Position numbers and translations under genes: made by a program. Of a DNA stretch of 64,000 nt, positions 1 to 11,100 are shown piece after piece; position 1 is the stretch's first letter; every line of letters begins with the position of its first letter. The stretch spans positions 1 to 64,000 of the IMG/VR virus record IMGVR_UViG_3300028388_004019. One strand, 5' to 3'. The notes beneath the pieces were generated by a model. That model had not been told where the DNA came from. It searched no databases and was given only the letters and a program-made list of their open reading frames with translations. Source of the stretch: a virus.

Positions 1-3000
1 ACCTCTATAACCTTTTATTTTTGGACCCTTGTCTCCCGTTGGTCCTTGTGGAGAAGCCCCTTGAGGTCCTCTATTCCCTTTTGGCGAATTTCCTTGTGGA
101 CCCTTCGGACCTTGTCCTCCCTGTGGACCTACATAACCTTTCGGCCCTTTATTACCTGTTGAACCAGTACCACCTGTAGCACCACGATTACCAGTCGCTC
201 CCTTATTTCCTTTCGGTCCTTTCGGTCCTGGAGGAGCTGTTGGTCCTTTATTACCTTTCGGTCCTTTACTATTTGAAGTAGGACCAGTAGAACCTGTACT
301 ACCACGGTCAATAGGACCCTTATAACCTTTAACACCTTTCGTACCTACTGGTCCTGTTGAACCTCCCGGTCCTGGGTTATTAGCACCTGTTGGTCCTACT
401 GAACCATTCGGTCCTCTATCACCTTGTGGTCCTTGTGGAGAGGCACCTGTCGAACCGCCAGGTCCCTGTGGAGATGCCCCTGTCGAACCACCTGGTCCTT
501 GAGGTGAAGAACCTTGTGGTCCTTTACTACCTTGGCTTCCTTTATATCCTTTTGGCCCTTTAGGTCCTGTTGAACCTTTATATCCTTTTGGTCCTTTACT
601 TCCTGCAGGTGCAGTCGGCCCTTTCGGTCCTTTCGGTCCTGGAGGAGCTGTTGGTCCTTTATCACCGACTGGTCCTCCTGAACCACCTGGTCCTTGTGGA
701 CCTGCGTTGGCATATCCTTTTGGTCCTTTTGGACCTGGGTTGGCATATCCTTTAGGACCTTTTGGACCTGGATTATTTGCTCCTGTAGGTCCTACGGAAC
801 CACCACCACCTGTGTTACCTCTATTACCTTTAGGAGAATTACCTGTAGTACCCCTATTACCTTTCGGTGAATTACCCTGAGGTCCTTTTGGTCCTTGTGG
901 TGAATTACCTTGAGGACCTTTATTACCCTTATTACCTTTTACTCCTTTGTTACCTTTAGCCCCATCAGCACCTGAAGGTCCACGATTACCTTTCGGTCCA
1001 TCATTACCCGTCGGACCTTTATTACCTTTGGCACCTGATGGTGCTGTAGGTCCTTTATCACCCGTTGGTCCACCTGAACCTCCTGGACCCTGAGGACCTG
1101 GATTAGGTTCACCCTTTGGTCCCTTAGGACCTGGATTACCATCACCTACAGGACCTCTATCACCTTGTGCAGAATCACCAACAACACCTGGTCCACCTTG
1201 AGTACCTCTATCACCTTGTGGCCCTTGTGGAGATGCACCTGTTGAACCTCCTGGACCCTGCGGTGAGTTACCTCTATAACCTTTGACACCTTGAGGAGAA
1301 TTACCTTGAGCACCTTTATTACCCTTATTACCTTTTGTACCTTTGTTACCTTTGGCACCAGCACCACCTTTAACACCCTTGTTACCTTTAGGACCGTCAT
1401 TTCCTGTCGGCCCTTTATCTCCAGTACTACCTGCTGGTGCTGTTGGTCCTTTATCACCACCAGGACCTGTTGAACCTCCATCTCCTTGTGGTCCTTGATT
1501 TGTATCACCTATAGGACCTTTAGCACCAGGGTTTGGCTCACCCTTAGGTCCTTTTGGTCCTGGATTAGCGTCACCAGTACCACCTCTATTTCCTTTTGTA
1601 GAGTCACCGACATTACCTTGACTTCCTTGATTACCTTGTGGTCCCTTTGCACCACCTGGAGATGCTCCTGTATCACCTTGAGGTCCTTGAGGGGAATTAC
1701 CAATAAATCCTTTAGGTCCTTTCGGTGAACTACCTTGTGAACCTTTGTATCCTTTTACCCCCTTATTACCTTTATTACCTTTTGGACCTGTTGCACCTTT
1801 TTGTCCTTTATTACCTTTGGCTCCTGTAGCACCTTTTGTACCCTTATTACCTTTTGGACCATCATTACCTGTTGGTCCTTTATCACCTGTACCACCCGCA
1901 GGTGCTGTTGGCCCTTTATCACCACCTTCACCTGTTTCACCAGTTGAACCGTTAGGTCCTTGATTGGTGTCACCTGTCGGTCCTTTTGGACCAGGATTAG
2001 GGTCTCCTTGAGCACCTCTATTACCCTTTGTGGAGTCACCAACATTACCTTGCGGTCCTTTAGCCCCTTGACCACCTTGAGGACCCTGTGGAGATGCACC
2101 TGTATCACCCTGAGGACCTTGTGGGGATGCCCCAGTTGAACCTCCACCACCTTGTGGAGATGTCCCTTGTTCACCTTTCTGACCTTTCGGTGAGTTACCT
2201 TGTGAACCTTTTTGACCTTTTGTACCCTTAGTTCCTTTATTACCTTTGGCACCAGCACCACCTTTGACACCTTTATTACCTTTAGGCCCATCGTTTCCTG
2301 TTGGACCTTTTATACCTTTCTGACCTTGTGAACCTTTTTGTCCCTTCTGTCCTTTTTCACCTGTCGGACCTTTTTCACCTGCAGGACCTGTAATCGCTTC
2401 ACCTTTCTGACCTTTATCACCGGTATGGTTTTCACCTACACTACCTTGAGGTCCTTGTGTCGGCTCACCTGTTGGTCCCCCATCACCTGTAGAACCTCCA
2501 CCACCATTATCACCCACACCACCTTGAGGTGAGTTACCTTGAAAACCTTTGAGACCTTTAGGAGATGCACCACCGTCACCTGTAGCACCTTTTGGAGAGC
2601 TACCCTGTGGTCCTTTCGCACCTTGCGGAGAATTACCTTGACTACCTTTAGTACCTTTTTGACCTTTTTGTCCAGCAGGTCCTTGAGGTCCTTTGTTTCC
2701 TTTCGAACCTTTCTGACCTTTATCACCCGCAGTGGCGTTGTCACCTTTTTGACCTTTACGACCTTTAACACCTTTATCACCTTTTTGACCCGCTTCACCA
2801 CCAGCACCTTTATTACCCTTAGTACCGTCAGAACCTTTAGGTCCTTTTTGACCTTTATCTGCAGCTGTCGAGGTACCTTTAGTACCTTTACTACCCTTTT
2901 CACCTGTAGGTCCTTTTTCACCACCATCACCAGTGGATGCCGTAGGACCCGTTGGACCTTGGACTCCTGACTCACCCGTAGCTTCGGGGGATGCCGGACC

Positions 3001-3240
3001 CTGCCAAACACCCGAACTGTCAATCCTATTTGAACCACCTATTTTTAGATTTCCGTTATCGACATTTACATGAGCGTCAGTCTCGAATAATTTAGTATCA
3101 TGTAAAACTATGGCTTGATGAGCACCTGCAAATGTTAGTGTTTCCGCTGTTGAATCAAAAGTAAGATTAATCGTAGAAGCCGTACTTCCCGAAAATTCAA
3201 AAATACCCTGACCTGGTGTTATTTTAATATTTTTACCCAT
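1..3240 (-). CDS. Collagen-like fibre protein A (3' end lies outside the window; >1080 aa)
   Basis: Not in the ORF track because it has no stop inside the window. ATG at 3240 reads [20 protein letters not shown]...[27 protein letters not shown] and then Gly-X-Y repeats. The same frame still reads [20 protein letters not shown] at bases 60-1. All track ORFs listed here on the minus strand share one shadow frame, so there is no sign of a frameshift. Confidence 0.9.
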   Translation of the reverse strand, partial: MGKNIKITPGQGIFEFSGSTASTINLTFDSTAETLTFAGAHQAIVLHDTKLFETDAHVNVDNGNLKIGGSNRIDSSGVWQGPASPEATGESGVQGPTGPTASTGDGGEKGPTGEKGSKGTKGTSTAADKGQKGPKGSDGTKGNKGAGGEAGQKGDKGVKGRKGQKGDNATAGDKGQKGSKGNKGPQGPAGQKGQKGTKGSQGNSPQGAKGPQGSSPKGATGDGGASPKGLKGFQGNSPQGGVGDNGGGGSTGDGGPTGEPTQGPQGSVGENHTGDKGQKGEAITGPAGEKGPTGEKGQKGQKGSQGQKGIKGPTGNDGPKGNKGVKGGAGAKGNKGTKGTKGQKGSQGNSPKGQKGEQGTSPQGGGGSTGASPQGPQGDTGASPQGPQGGQGAKGPQGNVGDSTKGNRGAQGDPNPGPKGPTGDTNQGPNGSTGETGEGGDKGPTAPAGGTGDKGPTGNDGPKGNKGTKGATGAKGNKGQKGATGPKGNKGNKGVKGYKGSQGSSPKGPKGFIGNSPQGPQGDTGASPGGAKGPQGNQGSQGNVGDSTKGNRGGTGDANPGPKGPKGEPNPGAKGPIGDTNQGPQGDGGSTGPGGDKGPTAPAGSTGDKGPTGNDGPKGNKGVKGGAGAKGNKGTKGNKGNKGAQGNSPQGVKGYRGNSPQGPGGSTGASPQGPQGDRGTQGGPGVVGDSAQGDRGPVGDGNPGPKGPKGEPNPGPQGPGGSGGPTGDKGPTAPSGAKGNKGPTGNDGPKGNRGPSGADGAKGNKGVKGNKGNKGPQGNSPQGPKGPQGNSPKGNRGTTGNSPKGNRGNTGGGGSVGPTGANNPGPKGPKGYANPGPKGPKGYANAGPQGPGGSGGPVGDKGPTAPPGPKGPKGPTAPAGSKGPKGYKGSTGPKGPKGYKGSQGSKGPQGSSPQGPGGSTGASPQGPGGSTGASPQGPQGDRGPNGSVGPTGANNPGPGGSTGPVGTKGVKGYKGPIDRGSTGSTGPTSNSKGPKGNKGPTAPPGPKGPKGNKGATGNRGATGGTGSTGNKGPKGYVGPQGGQGPKGPQGNSPKGNRGPQGASPQGPTGDKGPKIKGYRG

Positions 3241-4031
3241 TATACTACTACTTCTTTGAGACTATTTATTCTATCTCTTAAATCATCAATCAGTTCCATA
3301 TGTTCTTGGACTGTACCAATACCTAAGGCAGTTATCAAATCATATTTCAATGAATGAATACCCGTCTCATCTTTAAATACCACTTCAGGAAGAACTTCTT
3401 CAACTTCTTGTGCAATAAATCCAAAAGATTCTCCCTTTAAGTACGGTCTGTGTTCTTTAGTAAATTCGTCATCATTCCAATCAAAATAAAGACCTTTCAA
3501 CATCAAAAGTTTTTCTATGTTACCCTTCAAACCTTTCAAATTATCTTTGTAACGAATATCCGAAGCTGGCCCCTGTGCCCCTGTAGGACCTTTAGAACCT
3601 TGTGGACCTCTGTTACCTGTAGCACCTGCAGAACCTTGTGGACCCGTTCCAAATGCACCCTGAGCGCCTCTATATCCTTTATCACCTGCCGAACCACCTG
3701 GTGAGTTACCTGCTGGACCTTTCTGACCTTTAGTATTACTCGCAGGTCCAGTATTACCTACAGCACCTTTTGGACCTTTATTACCCTTTGGACCATCGTT
3801 TCCTGTGGCACCTCTATTACCCTTTGGACCTATATAACCTTTTGGCCCCTTATCATTACTAGCAGAACCTGTAGAACCCTGAGGACCCTGTGGAGATGCA
3901 CCAGTTGAACCTTGTGGACCTCTGGCACCTGTAGCACCTCTATAACCTTTTATTTTTGGACCCTTGTCTCCCGTTGGTCCTTGTGGAGAAGCCCCTTGAG
4001 GTCCTCTATTCCCTTTTGGCGAATTTCCTTG
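3240..4031 (-). CDS. C-terminal segment of collagen fibre B: collagen repeats plus peptidase S74 intramolecular chaperone (out of frame with 3950-6910)
   Basis: Open frame [10 protein letters not shown]...[35 protein letters not shown]...[15 protein letters not shown]...LKYD. It has the SDxRxK cleavage motif and GFIAQE motif of S74 chaperones. The track only shows the part from an internal TTG (3240-3539). Confidence 0.85.
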   Translation of the reverse strand, partial: QGNSPKGNRGPQGASPQGPTGDKGPKIKGYRGATGARGPQGSTGASPQGPQGSTGSASNDKGPKGYIGPKGNRGATGNDGPKGNKGPKGAVGNTGPASNTKGQKGPAGNSPGGSAGDKGYRGAQGAFGTGPQGSAGATGNRGPQGSKGPTGAQGPASDIRYKDNLKGLKGNIEKLLMLKGLYFDWNDDEFTKEHRPYLKGESFGFIAQEVEEVLPEVVFKDETGIHSLKYDLITALGIGTVQEHMELIDDLRDRINSLKEVVV

Positions 4032-6910
4032 TCTACTGAACCACCTGGACCTGGTGAACCTTGTGTACCTCTAAATCCTTTTATTTTTGGACCTTTATCA
4101 CCCGTTGGTCCTTGTGGTGAAGCACCTTGAGGTCCTCTTGTACCTTTTGGAGAACTTCCTTGAGGACCTTTAGCACCTCTAAAACCTTTGTCACCTATAT
4201 TACCTTTTGGACCATCGGCACCAGCAGGACCTCTATTACCCTTAGGTCCATCAGCACCTGTTGAACCTCTATTACCTTTAGGACCATCAGGAGCAGTATA
4301 TCCTTTAATACCCTTTGGACCTTTATCACCACCCGAACCTTGAGGTCCTTGATTACTATCACCCGTAGAACCTCCTGGCCCTTGAGTTGATGCACCTGTT
4401 GAACCTTGTGGCCCTTGAGTTGATGCACCAGGCACACCTGGCCCACCTTGACCTCCTCTTCCACCTTGTGGTCCTTGTGGAGAATCACCTGTCGAACCTC
4501 CAGGTCCCTGTGGAGAGGCACCTGTCGAACCACCTGGTCCTTGAGGTGAAGAACCTTGTGGTCCTTTACTACCTTGGTTTCCTTTATATCCCTTAGGACC
4601 CTTTGGACCTAAAACTCCTTTGTATCCTTTTGGCCCTTTTGGTCCTGTAGGCGCAGTCGGTCCTTTATTACCTTTGGCTCCTGATGGTGCTGTAGGTCCT
4701 TTATCACCCGTTGGTCCTGTAGAACCCTGAGGACCTTTCGGACCTACATTAGCGTAACCTTTCGGACCCTTTGGACCTGGATTTGGTGCTCCTGTTGGTC
4801 CTCTACCACCTTGAGTTGAATCACCAACATTACCTTGCGGTCCTTTAGCCCCTTGATTACCTTGTGGACCCTGAGGAGATGCACCTGTTGAACCCTGAGG
4901 CCCTTGTGGCTGTGAACCTCTATAACCTTTTACACCTTGAGGAGAGTTACCCTGAGGACCTTTTGGACCTTTGAAACCTTTAGGTCCCTTATTACCTTTT
5001 GGTCCATCATTACCCGTAGGACCTTTAACACCTTTTGGTCCGTCGTTACCTGTAGGACCTTTATTACCTTTACTACCGGCAGGTGCTGTCGGTCCTTTAT
5101 CACCACCAGGTCCTGTGGAACCTGTAGAACCACCTGGCCCTTGATTTGTATCACCCGTCGGTCCTTTTGGACCTGGATTGGCAGCACCCTGAGTACCTCT
5201 ATTACCCTTTGTAGAATCTCCCACTCCACCTGTACCACCTCTCGGACCTTGATTTCCTTGAGGTCCTTGTGGTGATGGACCCGTCGACCCTTGACCACCT
5301 TGCGGAGAAGCACCAGTTGAACCTCCTGGTCCTTGTGGTGAGTTACCAATGAATCCTTTCGGACCTTTCGGTGAGCTTCCTTGAGAACCTTTTTGTCCTT
5401 TATTACCCTTTTGGCCTTTTTGTCCCTTAGAACCCACAAATCCTTTGGTACCCTTATTACCTTTTGGTCCGTCATTACCTGTAGGTCCTTTGTCACCAGT
5501 TCCACCTGCAGGTGCCGTTGGTCCCTTATCACCACCAGGTCCTGTTGAACCTCCTGGTCCCTGTGGACCTTGGTTAGTATCACCTGTTGGTCCCTTAGCA
5601 CCAGGATTTGAATCACCCTGAGGACCCTTAGGTCCTGGATTGGCATCACCTGTTCCTCCTCTGTTTCCTTTTGTTGAGTCTCCGACATTCCCTTGGTTAC
5701 CTTGTGAACCCTGAGGTCCTTTGTTACCTATTGGAGATGCACCTGTATCACCTTGTGGACCTTGTGGAGAATTTCCAATAAATCCTTTAGGACCCTTTGG
5801 TGAGTTACCTTGTGACCCTTTTTGTCCTTTGTTCCCTTTAGTCCCTTTATTACCTTTAGGACCCTGAGAACCTTTAGTACCTTTATTACCCTTTGGACCG
5901 TCAGCACCAGTAGCCCCTCTATTACCTTTGGAACCTTCATTACCTTTTTGTCCTTTATCACCGGCAACACCTGCAGGTGCAGTAGGACCTTTGTCTCCTC
6001 CCTCACCTGTCGAACCAGTAGAACCTTGAGGACCTTGGTTGGTATCACCCGTCGGACCTTTTGGACCTGGGTTATTATCACCTACGGGACCCTGAGGTCC
6101 TTGATTACTATCACCCGTGGAACCACCACCACCTGTAGGTCCAATACCACCAGTACCACCTCTCGGAGAATCACCTACAGAACCCTGAGGACCTCCAATA
6201 GTATTACCTTTAGAACCTTTATTACCTTTTATTGATGTACCTGCAGTTCCTTGATTTCCCTGTGAACCCTTGGAACCCTTATTACCCTTAGTACCTTTTG
6301 GACCATCAGGTGCAGTAGAACCTTTGTCTCCTTTACCACCTTCACCACCTTTAGTACCCTTAGTACCCTTTTCACCTTTTGGGGCTGTAGGTCCCTTGAT
6401 ACCTTTTTGACCTTTAGTACCTTTTTGACCTTTGTCTCCACCTTCACCAGTACCACCAGCAGAACCATCAGCACCTGTAGGACCAACGAATGAATCACCC
6501 GTGGCTCCTTTAGTACCCTTGGTACTTTCACCACTTTCACCTTTCTGTCCCTTGAAGTATGCACCCTTAGTACCTTTGTCACCAGTATCACCTTTGGCTC
6601 CTTTAGAACCCTTTTCACCTGTTTCACCTTTCGAACCTGGTGTGACACCATCACCTTTTGGTCCCTTGTCACCACCAATCCCTTGGTCTCCACCACCACC
6701 TAAAGAGCCTTTCGTACCCTTTATCGGTTGAGTACCTGTCTGTCCTTTATTTCCTTTCTCACCCTTAATATTCGTGGTAGCACCTGACCAAACACCATCG
6801 TTACCAACTACTTGAGTACCACCTACACTTAGACCTTTATTCATCTTCATTGGTGAATAAATCTTCAATCTCGTAGTGTCGTCAGCTATGTGAAATAAAT
6901 TCTGTTTCAT
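3950..6910 (-). CDS. Collagen-like fibre protein B (main part; collagen frame breaks at about 4032)
   Basis: 986-aa ORF with a short non-collagen N-terminus, then about 900 aa of interrupted Gly-X-Y. The last 25 or so residues are out-of-frame read-through. Confidence 0.9.
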   Translation of the reverse strand: MKQNLFHIADDTTRLKIYSPMKMNKGLSVGGTQVVGNDGVWSGATTNIKGEKGNKGQTGTQPIKGTKGSLGGGGDQGIGGDKGPKGDGVTPGSKGETGEKGSKGAKGDTGDKGTKGAYFKGQKGESGESTKGTKGATGDSFVGPTGADGSAGGTGEGGDKGQKGTKGQKGIKGPTAPKGEKGTKGTKGGEGGKGDKGSTAPDGPKGTKGNKGSKGSQGNQGTAGTSIKGNKGSKGNTIGGPQGSVGDSPRGGTGGIGPTGGGGSTGDSNQGPQGPVGDNNPGPKGPTGDTNQGPQGSTGSTGEGGDKGPTAPAGVAGDKGQKGNEGSKGNRGATGADGPKGNKGTKGSQGPKGNKGTKGNKGQKGSQGNSPKGPKGFIGNSPQGPQGDTGASPIGNKGPQGSQGNQGNVGDSTKGNRGGTGDANPGPKGPQGDSNPGAKGPTGDTNQGPQGPGGSTGPGGDKGPTAPAGGTGDKGPTGNDGPKGNKGTKGFVGSKGQKGQKGNKGQKGSQGSSPKGPKGFIGNSPQGPGGSTGASPQGGQGSTGPSPQGPQGNQGPRGGTGGVGDSTKGNRGTQGAANPGPKGPTGDTNQGPGGSTGSTGPGGDKGPTAPAGSKGNKGPTGNDGPKGVKGPTGNDGPKGNKGPKGFKGPKGPQGNSPQGVKGYRGSQPQGPQGSTGASPQGPQGNQGAKGPQGNVGDSTQGGRGPTGAPNPGPKGPKGYANVGPKGPQGSTGPTGDKGPTAPSGAKGNKGPTAPTGPKGPKGYKGVLGPKGPKGYKGNQGSKGPQGSSPQGPGGSTGASPQGPGGSTGDSPQGPQGGRGGQGGPGVPGASTQGPQGSTGASTQGPGGSTGDSNQGPQGSGGDKGPKGIKGYTAPDGPKGNRGSTGADGPKGNRGPAGADGPKGNIGDKGFRGAKGPQGSSPKGTRGPQGASPQGPTGDKGPKIKGFRGTQGSPGPGGSVDKEIRQKGIEDLKGLLHKDQRETRVQK

Positions 6911-6955
6911 GTACTTTTATAAATAGTTTAATTAAGTGGTTTCCTGTTTAAAATA

Positions 6956-7096
6956 TTATACATCTTGACTAAATAGTAATTCACCATCAGTTGTCATTTC
7001 AATCGTGTATGTTGCACCAGTTCCTCCCGAAAATAATATGTGAGGATTGGTATTAGCCGTTGTCCCTGAAGGGTAAATAATTACTGTTCTTGACAT
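6956..7096 (-). CDS. 46-aa protein homologous to the N-terminal module of collagen fibre C
   Basis: Translated by hand: [46 protein letters not shown]. The start overlaps the upstream stop (TAATG). It aligns with [41 protein letters not shown]. Confidence 0.75.
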   Translation of the reverse strand: MSRTVIIYPSGTTANTNPHILFSGGTGATYTIEMTTDGELLFSQDV

Positions 7097-8145
7097 TATA
7101 ATTTACTATTTAATTCATCTATATCTTTATCTATCTCATCAATGAGATTCTGTTGTTCTTTAACCGCCTGAACTAAGTAGGCATTTAACATTGAGTAGTG
7201 AATACCTAAGTAACCATCTTTATTTCTGAATATTACCTCAGGGATGATTGGTTCCAATTGTTGTGCAATAATACCAATAGAGTGTAATTTATCTCTTTCT
7301 TTGAGGTATTCATACATCGGTAACGTCATGTTCCAATCGTATTCTTTCAATTCTATTTGTAATAGTTTTTCTGTAACATTAGTCAACGTCTGAATTTCTT
7401 TCTTCAGCCTTCTATCCGACTTTGGTGGTGGTGTTGGTTCATCACATTGGAAGACTTCAAAGACAACCATACATCCACCCAAATCAACCTCATATACCGC
7501 TGTAGTACCTGGATTATTTACAAACATTACCGGTCCACCACATGGATTTTCACTATCACAGTTCTCACATGCTGGTACCGTTTTAAATGGACATCCAGCG
7601 GCCCATGATGTACATGTATCAGAATAGAATGTCGCTAGATTCAGTTCAAAACACAACATATCAGGCGCATCACAGTGAAAATACGTTTGAATAGCATTAC
7701 AACCTCCAGGTCCTGGAGGTCCTGGGTCACCTGTAGCACCTCTATAACCTTTAGGTCCTGTACCTCCTTGGTTACCCCTCGGTCCTTGATAAGATACACC
7801 CCTGTTACCCTTAGGACCTTTATCACCTGGTGCACCTTGTCCACCTTTCGCACCCGTAGGTCCCACAGAACCTAAAGGTCCCTTGTTTCCTCGAATACCT
7901 TTTGGTCCCTTATCACCTTGTGGACCTTTTGGTCCTGGGTTGGCATATCCTTTAGGTCCTTTATCATTAGATGCTGGACCCTTATCACCTCCACCACCCG
8001 AAGCACCTGTAGCACCTCTACCACCTTTCGGTCCATCAGCACCTGTAGCACCTCTAAAACCTTTGTTACCTACATAACCTTTTGGTCCCTTATCACCAGT
8101 ACTACCAGTACCACCTGTAGCACCACGGTTACCAGTCGCACCTTT
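7096..8145 (-). CDS. C-terminal segment of collagen fibre C: collagen, Cys-rich tip domain, peptidase S74 chaperone (out of frame with 8129-12412)
   Basis: The frame of track ORF 7096-7866 stays open upstream to 8145 as [12 protein letters not shown]... It continues into a Cys-rich stretch ([17 protein letters not shown]...CENC...FQC) and then SDRRLKKEI...IGIIAQQLE, the S74 motifs. Confidence 0.85.
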   Translation of the reverse strand, partial: KGATGNRGATGGTGSTGDKGPKGYVGNKGFRGATGADGPKGGRGATGASGGGGDKGPASNDKGPKGYANPGPKGPQGDKGPKGIRGNKGPLGSVGPTGAKGGQGAPGDKGPKGNRGVSYQGPRGNQGGTGPKGYRGATGDPGPPGPGGCNAIQTYFHCDAPDMLCFELNLATFYSDTCTSWAAGCPFKTVPACENCDSENPCGGPVMFVNNPGTTAVYEVDLGGCMVVFEVFQCDEPTPPPKSDRRLKKEIQTLTNVTEKLLQIELKEYDWNMTLPMYEYLKERDKLHSIGIIAQQLEPIIPEVIFRNKDGYLGIHYSMLNAYLVQAVKEQQNLIDEIDKDIDELNSKL

Positions 8146-11100
8146 GTAATCCCCTAAATCCTTTTACTTGCGGACCTTTATCACCCGTCGGACCTTGTGG
8201 TGAAGCACCCGATGGTCCCCTATTACCTTTTGGAGAGTTTCCTTGTGGACCTTTAGCTCCTTGTCCTCCCTGTGGACCTACATAACCTTTCGGCCCTTTA
8301 TCACCTGTTGAACCAGTACCACCTGTATTACCACGGTTACCTGTTGCTCCCTTATTACCTTTTGGTCCCTTTGGTCCGTCAGGTGCAGTAGGACCTTTAT
8401 TACCTTTTGGTCCCTTATCATTTGAAGAAGGACCTTTTGGTCCTACATTGGCATATCCTTTTGGTCCCTTTGGACCAGGATTAGCATAACCTTTAGGTCC
8501 CTTAGGTCCTGGATTATTTCCACCCGTAGGTCCCACAGAGCCACCTCCACCTGTACCACCCCTATTACCTTTAGGAGAGTTACCAGTAGCACCTCTATTA
8601 CCTTTCGGTGAATTACCTTGAGGTCCCTTATTACCTTGTGGTGAATTTCCTTGTGGTCCTTTAGGTCCCTTGAAACCTTTTGGTCCCTTATTACCTTTTG
8701 GTCCATCAGGACCTGCAGGACCTCTATTACCTTTTGGTCCGTCGTTACCTGTAGCCCCTCTATTTCCTTTAGGTCCATCAGGTGCAGTATATCCTTTGAT
8801 ACCTTTCGGACCCTTATCACCAGTAGTACCTTGAGGACCTTGATGATTATCACCTACAGAACCTCCTGGCCCTTGAGTTGAATCTCCAACAGGTCCCTGA
8901 GCACCAGGTGTAGATGCACCAACACCTCCTTGATTTCCTTGTCCTCCAGTATCACCGTGTGGTCCTTGTGGTGACGCACCTGTAGAACCTCCCGGTCCTT
9001 GAGGTGAACCACCTCTAAAACCTTTAACACCTTGTGGTGAATTTCCTTGAGCACCTTTTTGTCCTTTGTTACCTTTGTTACCTTTATTACCCTTTGGACC
9101 ATCAGGACCCGCAAAACCTTTGACACCTTTTGGACCATCATTACCCTTAGGACCTTTAGCACCTTTAGCACCTTTTGGTGCAGTTGGTCCCTTATCACCA
9201 ACAGGACCTCCTGAACCCGTTGGACCACCTGGTCCCGGATTTGGCTCACCCTTCGGACCTTTCGGACCTGGATTTGGTGCCCCTGTCGGTCCTCTACCAC
9301 CTTGAGTTGAATCACCAACACCGCCCTGAGGACCTTGACCACCTTGGTTACCCTGAGGTCCCTGTGGTGAAGCTCCTGTTCCACCTTGTGGTCCTTGTGG
9401 AGAATTTCCTATGAAACCTTTAGGTCCCTTCGGTGAACTACCCTGAGGACCTTTATAACCTTTGACACCTTTGTTACCCTTGTTTCCTTTAGGTCCCGTA
9501 GCACCTTTTTGTCCTTTATTACCTTTGGCTCCTGTAGCACCCTTTACACCTTTGTTACCTTTAGGTCCATCATTACCTTTTGGTCCCTTATCACCCGTAC
9601 CACCTGCAGGTGCAGTTGGTCCCTTGTCTCCACCAGCACCCGTTGAACCTGTTGAACCCTGAGGTCCCTGATTTGTATCACCCGTTGGTCCCTTAGGACC
9701 TGGATTGGCATCACCCTGAGCACCTCTATTACCTTTAGTAGAATCACCAACAGCACCTGTTCCACCCCTCGGACCCTGATTTCCTTGTGGACCCTGTGGA
9801 GACGCACCAGTATCACCCTGACCACCTTGTGGAGATGTACCTACATCACCTTGTGGCCCTTGAGGGGAACTACCGATAAATCCTTTAGGTCCTTTTGGTG
9901 AGCTTCCTTGAGAACCTTTTTGACCTTTATTACCTTTTTGACCTTTGACCCCTTTAGCACCTGTGAAACCTTTTTGACCTTTGTTTCCTTTTGGTCCATC
10001 ATTTCCTGTTGACCCCTTATCACCACCACCACCTGCAGGTGCAGTTGGACCTTTGTCACCACCTTCACCCGTAGGACCTGCAGAACCTTGTGGTCCTTGA
10101 TTTGTATCTCCTGTTGGACCTTTTGGTCCTGGGTTAGCATATCCTTTTGGTCCCTTTGGTCCTTGGTTAGAATCACCTTGTGCACCCTTGGTACCCTTAG
10201 TAGAATCACCAACACCACCTTGAGAACCTTGAGAACCTTGATTTCCCTGTGGTCCTTGTGGTGAGGCACCTGTATCACCTTGAGGTCCTTGAGGTGAATT
10301 TCCTCTATTACCTTTCTCACCTTGTGGTGACGCACCTAAGGAACCTTTTGTTCCTTTAACACCCTTATTACCCTTGAACCCTTTCAGACCCTTCGGACCG
10401 TCAGTACCTTTTGTACCTTTAGCACCTTTTGTACCCTTTTGACCCTTTTCACCTTTTGAACCGGCAGCCGCAGTTGAACCTTTAATACCTTTCTGACCCT
10501 TCTGCCCTTTCTCACCTGTCGGACCTTTAGGACCTGGATTATTATCACCCACGGGACCTCTTGCACCTTGTGACTCTTCACCCTTTTGACCTTTATCTCC
10601 TGGACTACTTGAACCTGTAGGACCAGCAGAACCTTGGAAATTTTCTCCAACACTTCCTGTTCCTCCCTGAGCCCCCTTAGTACCCTTGATACCCTTTGTA
10701 CCTTTGGGTGAACTACCTGTTGTACCCTTTTGACCTTTAGTATTACTACCTTTTGTTCCTGATTCACCAGGAATGATAGACATGGCATTATAGTTACGTA
10801 AAACTTCTGTGGCATTCAAAGGTGAAGAATATTGAATAACTCTTCTAATTCTACCATCTAAGTGTCCAACATATTGTGTATTTTCACCAATTCTACTCCA
10901 AGGGAAATCAGCTTCGAGTTGGGAAGCTGCCGCACCACAATTGATTGAACCATAGTTTGGTGTTTCACCAATGTAAGAACCATCAACATAGTGATAAGCC
11001 CTATTGTTATCGAACACTAAAGTGATTTGATACCACTGTCCTGTATTGAAAGTAAATGTCGGAGATGTAAAACTGTTACAGTTGGATGCAGTCTCACCAT

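Noticed and set aside
6911-6958. Stop-codon read-through fusing the 46-aa ORF to collagen B (same frame)
   Set aside because: Three in-frame TAA codons lie in the gap, and B has its own upstream motif and ATG.
7096-7700. Diversity-generating retroelement acting on fibre tips
   Set aside because: No reverse transcriptase and no template/variable repeat pair differing at adenines in this window.
4025-8150. Canonical programmed -1 frameshift in the fibre genes
   Set aside because: There is no X XXY YYZ slippery site or downstream structure at either break, and similar breaks occur in sbcC and the sigma gene, so assembly error is more parsimonious. Kept only as low-weight findings.
129-10815. 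Many 60-250-aa ORFs rich in V, K, D, Q, L and R (minus strand) and their plus-strand counterparts
   Set aside because: They are shadow frames of the Gly-X-Y codon pattern inside the collagen genes, with no independent starts or motifs.
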